The position numbers and the translations under genes were made by a program. A stretch of DNA of 64,000 nt from Tubiluchus corallicola (taxonomy: Eukaryota > Animalia > Priapulida). The stretch is taken from positions 248,001-312,000 of the forward strand of contig JAQGDQ010000247.1 in assembly GCA_030141605.1 (NCBI GenBank), in the 5' to 3' direction. Positions 26,001-38,963 of this stretch are shown in pieces (positions within the stretch are counted from its first letter, which is position 1; every line of letters begins with the position of its first letter). The notes under the pieces were generated by a model. That model worked only from the letters and a program-made list of their open reading frames with translations, did no database searches and was not told where the DNA came from.

Positions 26001-29000
26001 AGTGATTTTTTGCCACACAATTTTTATCGTTTGTTTGCCAGTTTATTCCATTATTCCATTATTGATTTTTTTGTTTTTTCTTTCCCCATTTTCTTCCATT
26101 TTCTCGTGATATTTCTTTCTCTATTCCAACTCTTTCATTCTTTCACTTGCCTTTTCTCTTCTTCATATCTTTCTTTTCTTCTATATTCTTTCTTTTCTTC
26201 ATTTCTTGATTTCTTCATTATTACATTTTTTGCCTCATTGCATGCACTTGTTTATTTCCTTATTTTTCTGTAACTCGGCTTGCTTCTTTCCTGATTTCCT
26301 CTTTTTTTATTCGGTTTTTCATTGCTTTTTTCCTTCCATTTTAGCCAAAGAACGTTGCTGTTATTTTTGAAATCAGCGAGATATTTTATTTATTTCATTA
26401 AAAGCTTATTTCAGCACATAGAAATGTCTATAAAAGTTCAAATTTATATTAAGAACTAAGAAATGCCACGTGTCACGCACTATTATAAAAGAGTTGCCAA
26501 AATTAATAAAAATATAATGGAATTTAAATATACAAATCATCAGGTAGAGAGAATGAACTGATTCATCATCTGACATATTTGAGCAAACTGGGCAACCGTC
26601 TTCGCTACTTATCTGTGATAATGATTACGTCTATACATGTCCTAACCTGAGTATTAGGATAAGAACTACAGGCAAGGACTACTATACACGTTGTATAGTA
26701 GTCCTTGACTACAGGATAAGATTATGATTAGCATTGAAATAAAAGTTACAATTATAAATGTCGCAAAAAATGGAAAGGAACGAAGCCAGTCTCTACTTCA
26801 CGGAACTTCACGTTTTTGAGTTTCACTTTTCGAAAATGCCGGCTTGGTGGGCTCAAGGATGGGTTCCACTGGTCAGTGACCGATAAACATAAACAAACTA
26901 ACTGCGACAGTTCGTTAACTTAAAGTCTTTAATGACTTGCGTAAACTGATACGGCACCTAAAACCAGAGTTAATGAAGGATATATTTAGATTAATACGCT
27001 CGCACTTCGTAACCTAGTCAGTGGGACAGGTGTTTGTTTAGATTGTAGTCTGGATATCTATTACGAACTACCGTTTTTCTGAAGTAGAAGCTGCAATGAT
27101 ATCCGTCGATTATTGTTTAAAGGAAGGAGTGACCGAGCTACAGTTTGGGTTGTAGCAGTTTACTGAAGACACTGAAGATGATGGTGAGATGCAGATTATC
27201 AAACTACGAAGATCGTAACAATAAAGATGTTTAGGAGACTGACTAAGATTATGTCCCAAATAAAAACAAATATACCGGCGGCAGTTTCAACGTGAAAAGC
27301 AGGAGTTTTGCAAGAGACGTGATGGTACAACAAAGAAAAGCCTACTATGAAATGACAAAATGGCAAATTCAAGAAAGTAAATGGTAATGGGCATTTGTCT
27401 CAAAACATTTTGAAGAAATTTAAAACTTGTTTTTGAAATTTTTTGAATGTGGTGAAAATTTCATGAACATTTCCAAAAAGCACGAGAACTCAGACGGTCA
27501 GAGACAGTATTTCAAGGTGTGTCAGATGGAATAGGCAGCAAACTGGTGAAAAAAGTGCATTCTATGTTCTCGAACTAGATGATAATTTCTCCACTTGTTT
27601 TTATAATAAATCGGTAATTGGGATTCAATCATACGCCTAAATAACCGATATCTGTCAAATAAAGTGTTACAATAAAATGTTAAATCAATGCCAAGTAATT
27701 TGGAAAAATTATTAAGTATTATTATTCATCTTTGGCATTAGAAAATTGAGATTTGCTAATCACTAATGCAAAAGGTAAACACAACTTGGTCGCCATCAGT
27801 GTTACTCACTACACAGTTTCCACTGTTACCGTAGGACGAAGACAATACCACCGAGATCAAGACGATTGCTATCTAAATTTTGTATCTCATATTTTTAGCT
27901 CACGGAACTTATGCATAGACGCAGACAATGGTTCTAGACGCAAAATTTCTGGAAAACTGATTCTTGGAAATCAATTCTTGGCTTTTGCTCAGTGTGACGG
28001 ACTATTGTATCATGTTTGTCATTAACAATTGGTTTTCCTCGAAAGATAAGTAATTAGGCAGTCTTTCTCACGCGATGGTTCTACTTGTTATTTTCGTCGT
28101 ACGATGGTTAGCTAAATTACCTACCTTTGTCATGCTTCTCTTCCCATACCACCTATCACTCAAAAACGTACTCATACAGCACGTTATTAAATACCAATGA
28201 AGAAAACGAGATTGATCAAAGTTGAACAAAAGCTTGAAAATATTTCTGCCAAATGAAATGGAGGGTCGCTACGTTATGCAAATCCGTAATGAAAAAACTG
28301 TGGGAAAGAAGAATATAAAAAAACTAACTTTCGTGTCAACATTTAGACACTCCTACCAAGTTATTTTACTAAAGAAAGTTAGTACCAAGATCTTTAATTA
28401 GGCATGCCGGTATTTTTACTATTAGCTAGCTAAAAGTGCTCGGTAAAAATGGCACAGTAAAAATGGCAAAGAAACAATGGTACGGAGAGAAAAGACACAA
28501 AATGGAAAAATAGGAAAAAAGGCACACTTAATAAAATGTTACTGTTAGGGATAATTATCCCTGTCAAGGTAGTTATAGTTTTTATGCAGTTTGTTAGTCT
28601 TGTAGTTTATGATTATGATTGACTATGATTACCTCTGTCAAACAGATATGTTTTCATCACCGTTGATTTGTTAGTTAGTTAACATGATTACGCAAAAGTT
28701 ACTTAACAGGTTTTCGCGAAACTTTGTAGAGAAGTTGGGTACGTAGGATAAGCAAAACGAATTTAGTGACAGGGAGGGGCAAAAAATTGCGAAAATGACT
28801 GTTTTTTATTATTTTTGGCAAAAGTTGTTATCTAGAATATCGTGCACTCTTGGAGTGGGAGGGGAATTTTATAACTTTTTGAAGAGTAGGAACTTGTTTA
28901 AAAGATAAGGTAAAGGTAATAAATATCCCCGCCAGGACGAACGACTTTAGAGTTAATTCCAGAAGACTTCTCGCTTGGAAAGCTATGCAGCGGCGTAGAG

Positions 29001-31003
29001 CTGTCTATGCGTTTTGCTTATGTGTATCTTTACAAGCTAACTACAGTATGTAAATATCTGTCAGTCTACATTATCAATGTCAAAATGGTCTAAGAACTGT
29101 AGACAAAACATTCAGTACCTAGGATATTTATGCACTGTTGATTATAATTGTATTTTACGAACAAAATATTTTGTGGGTTATTTCGCTACTCTATATAATT
29201 ATTCTTCAACCATTTGTATGTTTATCTGTTCATCTTTGTTTTATGTTTTATCCTATCAAAAAAATCACACTAACATGTATAGAATTGTTTGGTTTTAACG
29301 GAAGTCTATTTCCTACTGGGTACATTTTAATTTACACAGGCGTCTTTTTCCTGCTTTTCCATTTGTGCCCTTTTTTCCGTGCCATTCTGTCCTGTACCAT
29401 TTTTTGCCTACATTCAATATTCATACGATCATACGAAATGAACTATGTCACCAAGTTGTATCATTGCGTAACTGGTAACTAAACAGCGATACAAGACGTA
29501 TGTTATTCAACAGCAAACTATCATTGCAAGGTAAAAAACTTTGTTATATTTTCTTACCTGATTTCCGTTATGTCCATGACGTCTCGTCACGTTACGTTAT
29601 AAAACATTGTGTTATTTTATCTCTATATACATCACATTTCGAAAAACAATGAGATTTCAAATATGCAAGATTTAAAAAAATGCCTTTAATTTAACGATTG
29701 GGACATTGAAAGCAATAACTGCTGATAATTTCGGAATTTTCGGTATCGATTTTTCACTTTGTAATGCTAATGTCACGCCCCTTATTTATACCCACAAAGT
29801 AATTATGTCAGCACGCATTACAAGTGATTATTCGTAATCGCTGACGCATAGTTTACATCAACAGTGTACATACCTAACTTAGGACTATGTAAAGTGGCGC
29901 ATTGTTTAGAAATCATTTCCTTTTCGCGTTTTTGAAAAAATGGAATATTTTGGTCAAACAAGAGTTCAACAAATTCGTCCAAAGCTGACCTTCAAATATT
30001 ATTTCAGAGTAAATACAGTCTAAAAGAAGGCAAACTGAAACGTCTACTGTAGTATATATTTGCAGTTGCTTTCGCTTCGCAGCATTTTTCACATAGAATT
30101 CAAGCTTCTGCCCCGTTTCATATCTTCACTGAGTTAGCTCGTTAACGGGCACCTCCTCCAGCCCCACCCAACCCCAAGGTCACACCTATTCTCCACACAA
30201 TGACCGCTTATCTAACCAACTTGCACATAGTACACAAATCACATTTACAAGAGATTAAACTGTACCGGATAAGCTGTTTGTTGGTTGGATTAGATCATCC
30301 GTAAGAGATTAACAAACGCGGCAACTCTTGCTACGCCGTTACAAAAGTAACAGGATCACAAACTGCAGCTTGAAAGGCTGGGAGCTTTGAACACCTGTGA
30401 AAAATTAAGTCGCCAGCAATTTAAAGCAAGGACTCGCAGATCTATACCGGACCTATATAGACACAGGGCACATTTCCATTATCAGAAAAACTGTTTGTCA
30501 CGATTTAAATTCTAATTGTTATCGAAATAATAACAAAATCAAAATTCTTGAGGCAATAGATACCAAAAAAATTAATGTCGTCAAATTAAAATCGATCACT
30601 TAATTAATTAATTAAGGCTACTCATCAGTTGATTTATCGGAATTTTGCTAAATTGACGTTGCTTGATAGAGCGCAATCATATGATCTTCACCTGACGTCA
30701 AAAGGCATATTCAGCATTTACCGTATAAACCGAATACGTATTTTGAAAATTTATCTATAAAAAGCACTTACCAGCACAAGTTGATTTATAATCAGCACAA
30801 CAATCCCCAAGTTTTAAACAATGTTCGTCACAGTAACATTTCTCATCGTCTGGTATATCTGGGATAAAATTCAGCGGGTAATTCTGTACGACGCAGTCAG
30901 AATTTCGACCCGGACAGCACAAACCTGAGTCTTTACAACCGGCTCGGACAAGAAGAATAAAATGATACAAACAAACAACAACAGAAGACAAAAACAGATT
31001 CAT
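20058..31003 (-). CDS. SBSPON: Somatomedin-B and thrombospondin type-1 domain-containing protein (RPE-spondin-like). Exons 31003-30772, 22339-22148, 21487-21367, 20871-20731, 20202-20058
   Basis: Signal peptide MNLFLSSVVVCLYHFILLVRAG; SMB-like CCPGRNSDC...CYCDEHCLKLGDCCADY; TSP1 CNVSEFSDWSKCSSNCGIGVKTRSR...CPHL; C-terminal YCLKFEV...VCVECQPYAM...RCKGQG...WKATNVPGCSGRW...SFILV*. GT-AG introns with phases 1,1,2,2 join in frame. Confidence 0.88.
20975..21345 (+). repeat. Degenerate (GAT)n microsatellite with an embedded dispersed repeat, in an SBSPON intron
   Basis: Read directly; explains the spurious poly-H/I/S/D ORFs. Confidence 0.9.
26673..26707. mobile_element. 35-bp perfect hairpin with an 8-bp target-site duplication (DNA-transposon footprint)
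   Basis: ACTACAGG-CAAGGACTACTATACA-CGT-TGTATAGTAGTCCTTG-ACTACAGG. Confidence 0.8.
28440..29412. mobile_element. Foldback/TIR element with ~90-bp modular inverted ends and a nested insertion
   Basis: Left end ggtaaaaatggcacagtaaaaatggc...aaatggaaaaataggaaaaaaggcac is inverted relative to right end gtctttttcctgcttttccatttgtgccc...gtaccattttttgcc. Confidence 0.55.
28626..29020 (+). mobile_element. Helentron/HINE-like non-autonomous element; related copy in opposite orientation at ~61560-61810
   Basis: attacctctgtcaaacagatatgttttcatcaccgttgatttgttagttagttaacatgattacgcaaaagttac is similar to the reverse complement of 61745-61800 (tttttgcgtatcttgttaacaaacaaaccaacagggatgaaaatct). The family name is inferred from architecture. 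Confidence 0.45.
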
Positions 31004-31099
31004 GTTTGCACGATAAAAACGCTTAAAAGATAAAAAGTGATACAATCAAGACAGATCTAGGGAGTAACAAACCTATACAATCTAACTACTCATGTGTTA

Positions 31100-31175
31100 A
31101 ACAGGACCGCTTATGAGCATGCGCAGTACTCCGTCGTCTGCTGGCTTCTCGATTTGGTCACGTGCTCAGACAACG
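31100..31175 (-). promoter_or_regulatory. Candidate SBSPON proximal promoter
   Basis: About 100-170 nt upstream of the ATG there is a locally CpG-rich cluster with GCATGCGCA (NRF1-like), CGTCTGCT and CACGTG (E-box). Confidence 0.35.
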
Positions 31176-32414
31176 GCCGAATGAGGAATTTAACATGTGA
31201 CGAGAAAAGAACATGCAAAAACAGAAACTCAAGTTGCTTTGTTGTCTGAAAAGAGTTACAGACAACTCAATGCATGTTAACTGACAGCATGAGAGCAAGT
31301 GAAACTTGTAAAAACTTCAATAAACCAATAATTATAGCTTCGTTATTGTATTAGCACTAAATTTAAAGAACCGTTTCACCTCACTGTATCGTGAAATATA
31401 GCTGGTAACTTGAATTTCTAATTTCTTATCTCAGTTTTATGCAGTCGCTCTCACTTTTACCGTCTACTGCACTCTGTAATGCACTGGCTATTATATAAAA
31501 TTTGTTTGCTGTAAGCCCGACTATACAATAACTCTCTTTAAAAGCATTTTAGCGAACTGTTTGCTTAGCGTTTATGGTCTGATAAATTAAAATCTCCTTT
31601 AAAACTCTTTAACAAAGAAGTCAGCATCATTTCAAAGAGCTCAACTGTTCCAGTGGAAACAGTCTCCCGGATGTTGAACGATTGAAATGAACGAAACTTC
31701 CCTATATTTAGGACAGTGTAAGTCTAAGTGCATGCTTTCAGTTTTGAAAACTTAGCAAGGGGAGTAGCAGTTTAATAATTCTGTAAATTGCTTTGTTGAT
31801 ATTTGAGCAATCTGCTCCGGGCTGATTTTATCCGCCCTTTGCGTGACATGAACTGAACTGGTTTCGCCATTAAAATAAAATGTTAAACTTTTAAAATCGA
31901 GCAACGCACTAGGAGTTAAATATGGCGCAAATGTCTTTGTTAAGAGAACATTAACCTGTATCTAAGCGCACGAGAAGACGTTTTTCAATTCCAAGTAAGC
32001 TAGAAAGTCACAGTATATTTGTTGTTGTTTATAGAACTTATTGTGTGATTTGTTCAATAACTGGAGATCTTAATGATCTACAGTTAATTAAATTTTGATA
32101 CCCAACTTGACAGACAGGAAATGTGAAATAGTTTCTAACTAATACATTAATTTGATTAATTTTGAGTGTAATAATTAATTATTAAATTTTAATAATTAAC
32201 TGGAGATCGTGTATTGAAACGCACTTTGATCATCCACACCAATGTTGATGCTCCAGAATTGGTTCCTATGCACTATCATGCAGTGCTTGGCTACTAGTAT
32301 GGCAAAGATAAAGTCTGGCAAAACGGTGAAGCTTTAATTTTTGTTCCGTTTTGTAGTAGCAATATCTTGACTGTAATGTATGTAACAATGTATTATTTAT
32401 GGCATTTTGGAAAT

Positions 32415-32826
32415 AACTAAACTAAACTAAGCTAAGCTAAGCTAAGCTAAACTGAACTGAACTAAACTAAACTAAACTAAACTAAACTAAACTAAGCTAA
32501 GCTAAGCTAAGCTAAGCTAAGCTAAGCTAAGCTAAGCTAAGCTAAACTAAACTAAACTAAACTAAACTAAACTAATCTGCACTACACAACACTACACTAC
32601 ACTACACTACACTACACTACACTACACTACACTACACTACACTACACCACACCACACCACACCACACCACACCACACCACACCACACCACACCACACCAC
32701 ACCACACCACACCAAACCAAACCAAACCAAACCAAACCAAACCAAACCAAACCAAACCAAACCAAACCAAACTAAACTAAACTAAACTAAACTAAACTAA
32801 ACTAAACTAAACTAAACTAAACTAAA
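32415..32826 (+). repeat. Compound pentanucleotide microsatellite (ACTAA/GCTAA/ACTAC/ACCAC/ACCAA)
   Basis: Read directly from the sequence. Confidence 0.95.
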
Positions 32827-33772
32827 CCTAGAACAGATTGCCATAGAATTTTTCACCTCCGATTCTGTTAGAATGTGGTCTCAAGTACCCTCAACAAAAA
32901 ATCAGCTTTGGAACTTTTCAGATATACGCATAAATCCAAGACGGCGCCTAATGGCACCAAAAATCAAGTATATCTCCTAAACGATCGCAAGATTCCAGCA
33001 GCAAAACATGTGAGACAGATCGCAGCAAAGAATTTACTAGTCACACGCATGCGCCTTAGCAAAAAATATGCAACTAAATTTCAAAAGTATAAAAAATAAA
33101 AAAAAGTTTAATAGAATCTAACTTCTTTCTCCAATTACCGAACTCCTAACTGGGTTGTGAAAATAATATTGAATTTCGCCTGTTTCTAACATTAAGTTCT
33201 GCCTTTATTATTCTTCGTCACGCATCATAAACGAATTTCCGTTTTGTATATAAAGGCGCTGTAAACACATAAATAAAGCCGCAACCCTCTCCCCACAGCT
33301 GTCCGAAATTAGACCTAGGTCCAGTCTGTCATGTTGAGGAAACTTATTTATCATGGTGCGTGAAGTGTAAAATGAGAAGGTTGTAAGCCGTTGTGGTGCC
33401 GCTTATGTTAATAACCTTCTGCCGCCGTCACAAAATTGTGTAAAAACCTCTCAACTTTCCTCTCTTTGACAGACATTGTCGATAAATCCTTATTTCAGCA
33501 ATGATGATAAAACATATCATCTTCTTTCTCCGCAGTAGAAAAACGTTTTCGTTTTTTCTTTTTTTTTGTACAGTGGTGCTCAGTATTGATCTTCTACAGG
33601 TTCTTTTTTGTGCAATGGAGGTAACCTTTTGTCAAGTTTGTGAGAAATACGAAAATTCTAATACATATATTAGAAATGTTTTCAAAGATGAGTTTTACGT
33701 ACCGTCATGTACATTTACGCCTATGCCTATATGCCTATTTCAAATATCTCTTTCTTAACTTTTCTATTACAA

Positions 33773-33987
33773 GTTGTTTTAAGTGTGTTTGCAAAACTGA
33801 CTTTCTGCACATATCTCACGTAAGAATCAGTGAAACTCATACCACTCCTCGTATTCCTCTTTCTCTTGGGACGCCTCACATTCTGGATTCGACACCTAAA
33901 ATATCCTCCGTAAAGGATTTTTGGATTCATTGTGTCTTTTATGCCAGTAAACCTCATCATTTTCTCATGCTGTTAGTATGTGTTGAA
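33773..33987 (+). pseudogene. TMEM79-like pseudogenic last exon (third tandem copy)
   Basis: Clear nucleotide similarity to 45175-45423 and 40698-40946. Reads VVLSVFAKLTFCTYLT*ESVKLIPLLVFLFLLGRLTFWIRHLKYPP*RIFGF...CC* with three in-frame stops. Acceptor is changed from tacAG to tacAA, and the 3' end runs into (GAT)n. Confidence 0.85.
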
Positions 33988-34153
33988 GATGATGATGGTG
34001 ATGATAATGATGATGACGATGATGATGATGATGATAATGATGATGACGATCATAATGATGATGATGATGATAACAACGACGACGATGATGATGATGATGA
34101 TGATGATGATGACGACGATGACGACGATGATGATGATAATGATGATGATGATG
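33987..34153 (+). repeat. (GAT/GAC)n microsatellite
   Basis: Read directly from the sequence. Confidence 0.95.
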
Positions 34154-34593
34154 AATTAATTTTTAAACCGTTATACTTTCATCATCAATTATTTTCAATT
34201 TGCATAGCAAAATAACTTTAATTAAACCGTTTGATAATATAACGCAAGAAGCCAAGTTATTAGGAAATCACATTTTACGTGTATGTTCAATATTGCGTTT
34301 ATACAATACTATGTAACATTAATGAAGCGAAGTAGACGAAATTTATGCCAGTTCAGTTCACTCAGGTATTCCGCTCTAAGCTGTCAAGCTGAGCAAGCGT
34401 TTACTTGTCATGAAACGATAGCCTAGTCGTTAAAGTGTTCGCTTACAGTAAAAGAAGCATTAGAACACTTCTAATTCACAATCTGGCTCGCACAATATTG
34501 CTGTTGATTGGCGTGTTAAGTCACGAAGTATGAAGCCACGTTATTTAGTGCTGTTCTGATGCAGTTGACGTCTTCTCTTGATATAGTTTTATC

Positions 34594-35525
34594 GTTGATG
34601 ATGCTTACATTCTGCTGAACTTGCTGTTGATGATACTTACTTGTTGTAGATGATACTTACCAGCTGTTGATGATGCTTACCTGCTATTGATGGTACTTAC
34701 CTGCTGTTGATAGTACTTACCTGCTGTTGGTGATGCTTAGCTGGTGTTGATGATACTTACCTGCTATTGATAGTACTTACCTGCTGTTGGTGATGCTTAG
34801 CTGGTGTTGATGGTACTTACCTGCTGTTGATGATTCGTACCAGCTGTTGATGGTACTTACTTGCTGTTGATGGTACTTACCTGCTGTTGATGATGCTTAG
34901 CTGCTGTTGAACTTGCTGTTGATGATACTTACTTGTTGTAGATGATACGTACCAGCTGTTAATGATGCTTACCTGCTGTTGCTAGTGCTTACCTGCTGTT
35001 GATGATTCTTACCTGCTGTTGATGGTACTTACCTGCTGTTGATGGTACTTACCTGCTGTTGATGATGCTTAGCTGCTGTTGAACTTGCTGTTGATGATAC
35101 TTACTTGTTGTAGATGATACTTACCAGCTGTTGATGATGCTTACCTGCTGTTGATGGTACTTACCTGCTGTTGATAGTACTTACCTGCTGTTGATAATGC
35201 TTAGCTGCTGTTAATGATACTTACCTGATGTTGATGATTCTTACCTGCTGTTGATGGTACTTACCTGCTGTTGATGGTACTTACCTGCTGCTGATAATGC
35301 TTAGCTGCTGTTGATGATACTTACCTGATGTTGACGGTACTTACTTGCTGTTGATGGTACTTACCTGCTGTTGATGGCACTTACCTACTACCAGTGATAC
35401 TTACCTGTTGTTGATGGTACTTACCTGCTGTTGATGGTACTTACCTGCTGTTGATGGTACTTACCTGCTGTTGATGATAGTTGCCTGCTGCTGATGGTAC
35501 TTATCTGCTGTTCATGATACTTATA
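34594..35525. repeat. 20-bp minisatellite, ~45 units, consensus TACTTACCTGCTGTTGATGR, with higher-order structure
   Basis: The 20-nt period is visible in the 60-nt lines. A variant block (gaacttgctgttgatgatacttacttgttgtagatg) recurs near 34617, 34909 and 35081. Confidence 0.95.
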
Positions 35526-37636
35526 CCTGTGAGATTGCATCGTTGGTTATACCTACGCCTTGATGACCCTTATCTTGTAATGAGTCTAGAAAGATGAATG
35601 TCATTATCTTGGAGTTGTATAAATGGATGAGAAGACATGATTATGTTAACCAGGAGTCATCAAAGTTCTGTTACGTCATTATTGTCCTCGTAATTGGATG
35701 CGGGATGGAGAAGTGGCCCTGGGCAGCTATTAAACCGTTTAATGGTATACACAAGTTACCGATGGAGCCTGATGGTAAGGAGATGGCATTGGATGAGGAC
35801 AGTAGAAACTTGTCTGGAGATGCAACAATAACCTCGAGGAAAGACTAGTGACAAAACTTTAAGTTTGTTAAGTTTCTCGATTTTAATGGTTTCTGTTAAT
35901 TCTGATCGGATTGGCTAAACTTGAATGAAAGTCTGTTTATTTTGCAATGTATTTAAATGCTCATAAGTCGTTAGTTTGTTAATTTTTAGGTTAATTCAGT
36001 AATTTTGTTCGCCTCATCATTCATTCTTCGCCCAAGGATTACACTAACGCCACGGACCACCATTTACATGAACGAAATTTACACTTCATAGTCACAGTCG
36101 TTGTCCTCGTCATAGCGATCGTCGTCGGCTTCAGCATCACTTGTATGACATGAATGCACACTTTGCACACTTTGTAGTAGCTGGCATTATTTGTGTCTTC
36201 GTGTTTGACACTGCTGATACTTGTCACTAATTTCAGTACTAAACGCCCCTTTGGTGGTTTTGTATACCTCACAATATTTCCTGATACTAAGAGTAGTTGT
36301 CAAGGTTGGTAGTTGTAGTAACAACAACTTTTAGTGTCTATATACAAACCCATATTTGCAAACCCATATGAGCCTTGATTATTCATAATTATTTTAATGA
36401 TCTAAAAAAACTTAAAAAGTAAAGAACGATGTTACTGATATAGCAATGATGTTGCACTTATTTTGAAGCAAAACACATTAAATAATAAACAATTGTTCAA
36501 TAAGGACTTGTACATTAAGCAAATGAACAATTATAACTATTTTAAAATCGTCATAATAAGCAATCACTGGAAGAAAATATTATAGAATATACTACAAAAA
36601 TGACGTTTTTCTCACTAGGCTACTCTGCAGTCGAAAACTCTAACCAGATCTAATAAAAGAGTTAAAGTAAGTAAATCAACTTTGGCAAAAAAATAGAATT
36701 TCTATTACTCTTAATGAACTTATCACAGTTATTACAAAGTTAATTCTTTATCACACCAATTGCTATATAATTATTATTTGAAATTGTTTTTAGAGTACTA
36801 AACACGATTTTTTCAGGAATGGCCAAGTAGTCATGGTGCTGTGCTTAGCGAGCAAAATTAAACGGTAAACTGTAACTGTAACTGTGACTGTAAACTGTAA
36901 CTATTAACAGCATTTAACCAGGTCAGTAAATGGTTAGTAATTGGTGATATAACCGCCTCCTGATATTTTTCGTTACGGGGAATCAAATCAAAACAGACGT
37001 ATCCACCAGTTTTTATTATAATAAGCTTTTATAATGAGTTAACTTCGGTTCTGTCGCGCTTATAATGTGGCCCTGCCACAGAATCCTGGATACTCGTCCT
37101 CTGCAATGGGGCAGTATTTCCTCACCTTTCTCTCTGTAATAGTAAGAAAGTCGATAATCTTTCATTGATACATTTTCTGCAGTGAGAATTTTCTCCTAAA
37201 TAAATACAAGTTTAAAAATTGCCAATTTGACCCACTAGGTCGAAATAGAACTCACTTCACTCTTCAACTATAGACTAATATAGTTCCTTCGCGTTTTGGA
37301 CTAATTTTGAGCATACGTATTAACTTACTGTGAGCGTACAGTGTAAGTCGACATGTTTACAAAAACTTGATAAGAAATCCTTGAACGATGACTTTGATAA
37401 CAATGCAAGTAAAAATCTCCTCTGTGTGCTGTATTCTGTGTGCTGTAGGATATTCTAGGCCTTTGAGTTTAAGCAGTTCTGCTTTTGTGAATTTTGAAAC
37501 ATTAATAGGCCTACGTGTGTGTGACGTAATTTTTAAATCAAATCATAGCTGTGGTAAAGAATAAAGAAAAGCGCAGCTTTGGGCGATTGTTGCATAAAAT
37601 CTTTTGTGGAACGTTTAAAATACGAGATCCTTCAAA

Positions 37637-38891
37637 ATGAGTCACCCGCCGTCCACTTTTGATCAGAAAGGGAAGGTATGCTAATTCAGTTTTTAGTATT
37701 TAGCAAGAGCTAACTTTCAGGCAAGTTGCTCTCTTTCCATCAAAAGTTTAACATTTTATCACAATCTCGCACTCAACAACAGGTGTTACTACTAATGTTG
37801 AATATTTGTGGCGGGACTGGAATCTTGCTTATCTAATACGCTATGATAAAACAATAATCATGTTCGAATAAGAATACGCCTTCTCTCCCGAGAGAAACTG
37901 CCTAGACGCAGTTTTCCCACCAGTCCTGTATTCATTTATTAACCAGGTTTGGCACTGCTTAACTTAGGTCGTTAACCACAAATTGCGGTCACTCAGCTAG
38001 TTCTCTCGTTGTTGCTCAACTTATTTATTAAAAGACTTTACCACTGACTATATTTTGCATTGGCTGTTAATGACTATCAATACATGCAATAAAATCATTA
38101 TTCATTTTAGCTTTGGAATTTTCAAATGTGGTTCTTTTTATAATTCGGTGTAACGTTCTAAAAAAACTGGCAAAGGTGATCTCAAAGAGGATTAAGAAGA
38201 CCGTTTCCTAGCAATTAGTGTTTATTTGTAAAAAATTACAAGAAGTCTTTAGAGAATGAATATATAAATACATATATTATATGTAAATAAACATTTGACA
38301 TATTTGTGCAAAATGACCTCGATTTTAACATATTTGTTTTCGTATCACACAACACTACTGTTATTACTATTTAATTTGAATTTCAACTATCTGTTTGACT
38401 TAAAAGATTGACAAAGCACAATTGCGAGGTCACCAATCCAATTCTTATTATATTATTAGCATCAATATTGCTTACTTTAGAAATAAATTCATGACTTTTG
38501 ATTATCGTGTTTAATGTACGACTTTATGCTTTGTGCACGACTGTCGCCCTTTGTCAGGTATTGAAGGGAATTGCAACAAGTCTGACTGTGCAGTTTACCA
38601 TCCTCTATGTGGGCTACTATTATTTACCAATACCTCTGCCGAATCTACCGACTGTTTATGACAGGTAGGTAGATCTATTGTATCACTGGATGCATGTTAT
38701 AATTAGTTTTAACCACATTAAAATTAAGTGTGACACAAATAATTAATGCACTTTAAATATGAGAGAACTCTCCTGAGACTTACCATCTTCAACAGGAATA
38801 AACGTTTAATGTCCTCTATAGTCTCAAAATAGATTATTTATTGTGTCTGTAATTTTCAGCCGATGAGGCCCGTTAGGGCAATATCTCCTGA

Positions 38892-38963
<72 letters not shown>

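Noticed and set aside
33640-34215. 191-aa ORF with a poly-Asp tract
   Set aside because: It is an off-frame reading of the TMEM79-like pseudo-exon plus the (GAT)n microsatellite.
34594-35525. CRISPR-like array or U1 snRNA gene cluster
   Set aside because: No unique spacers, eukaryotic context, and the U1 match stops after 10-11 nt with no stem-loops or Sm site.
35594-35848. Possible second 2A-like LINE leader (VIIVLVIGCGMEKWP)
   Set aside because: No DxExNPG core and no endonuclease motif follows; too weak.
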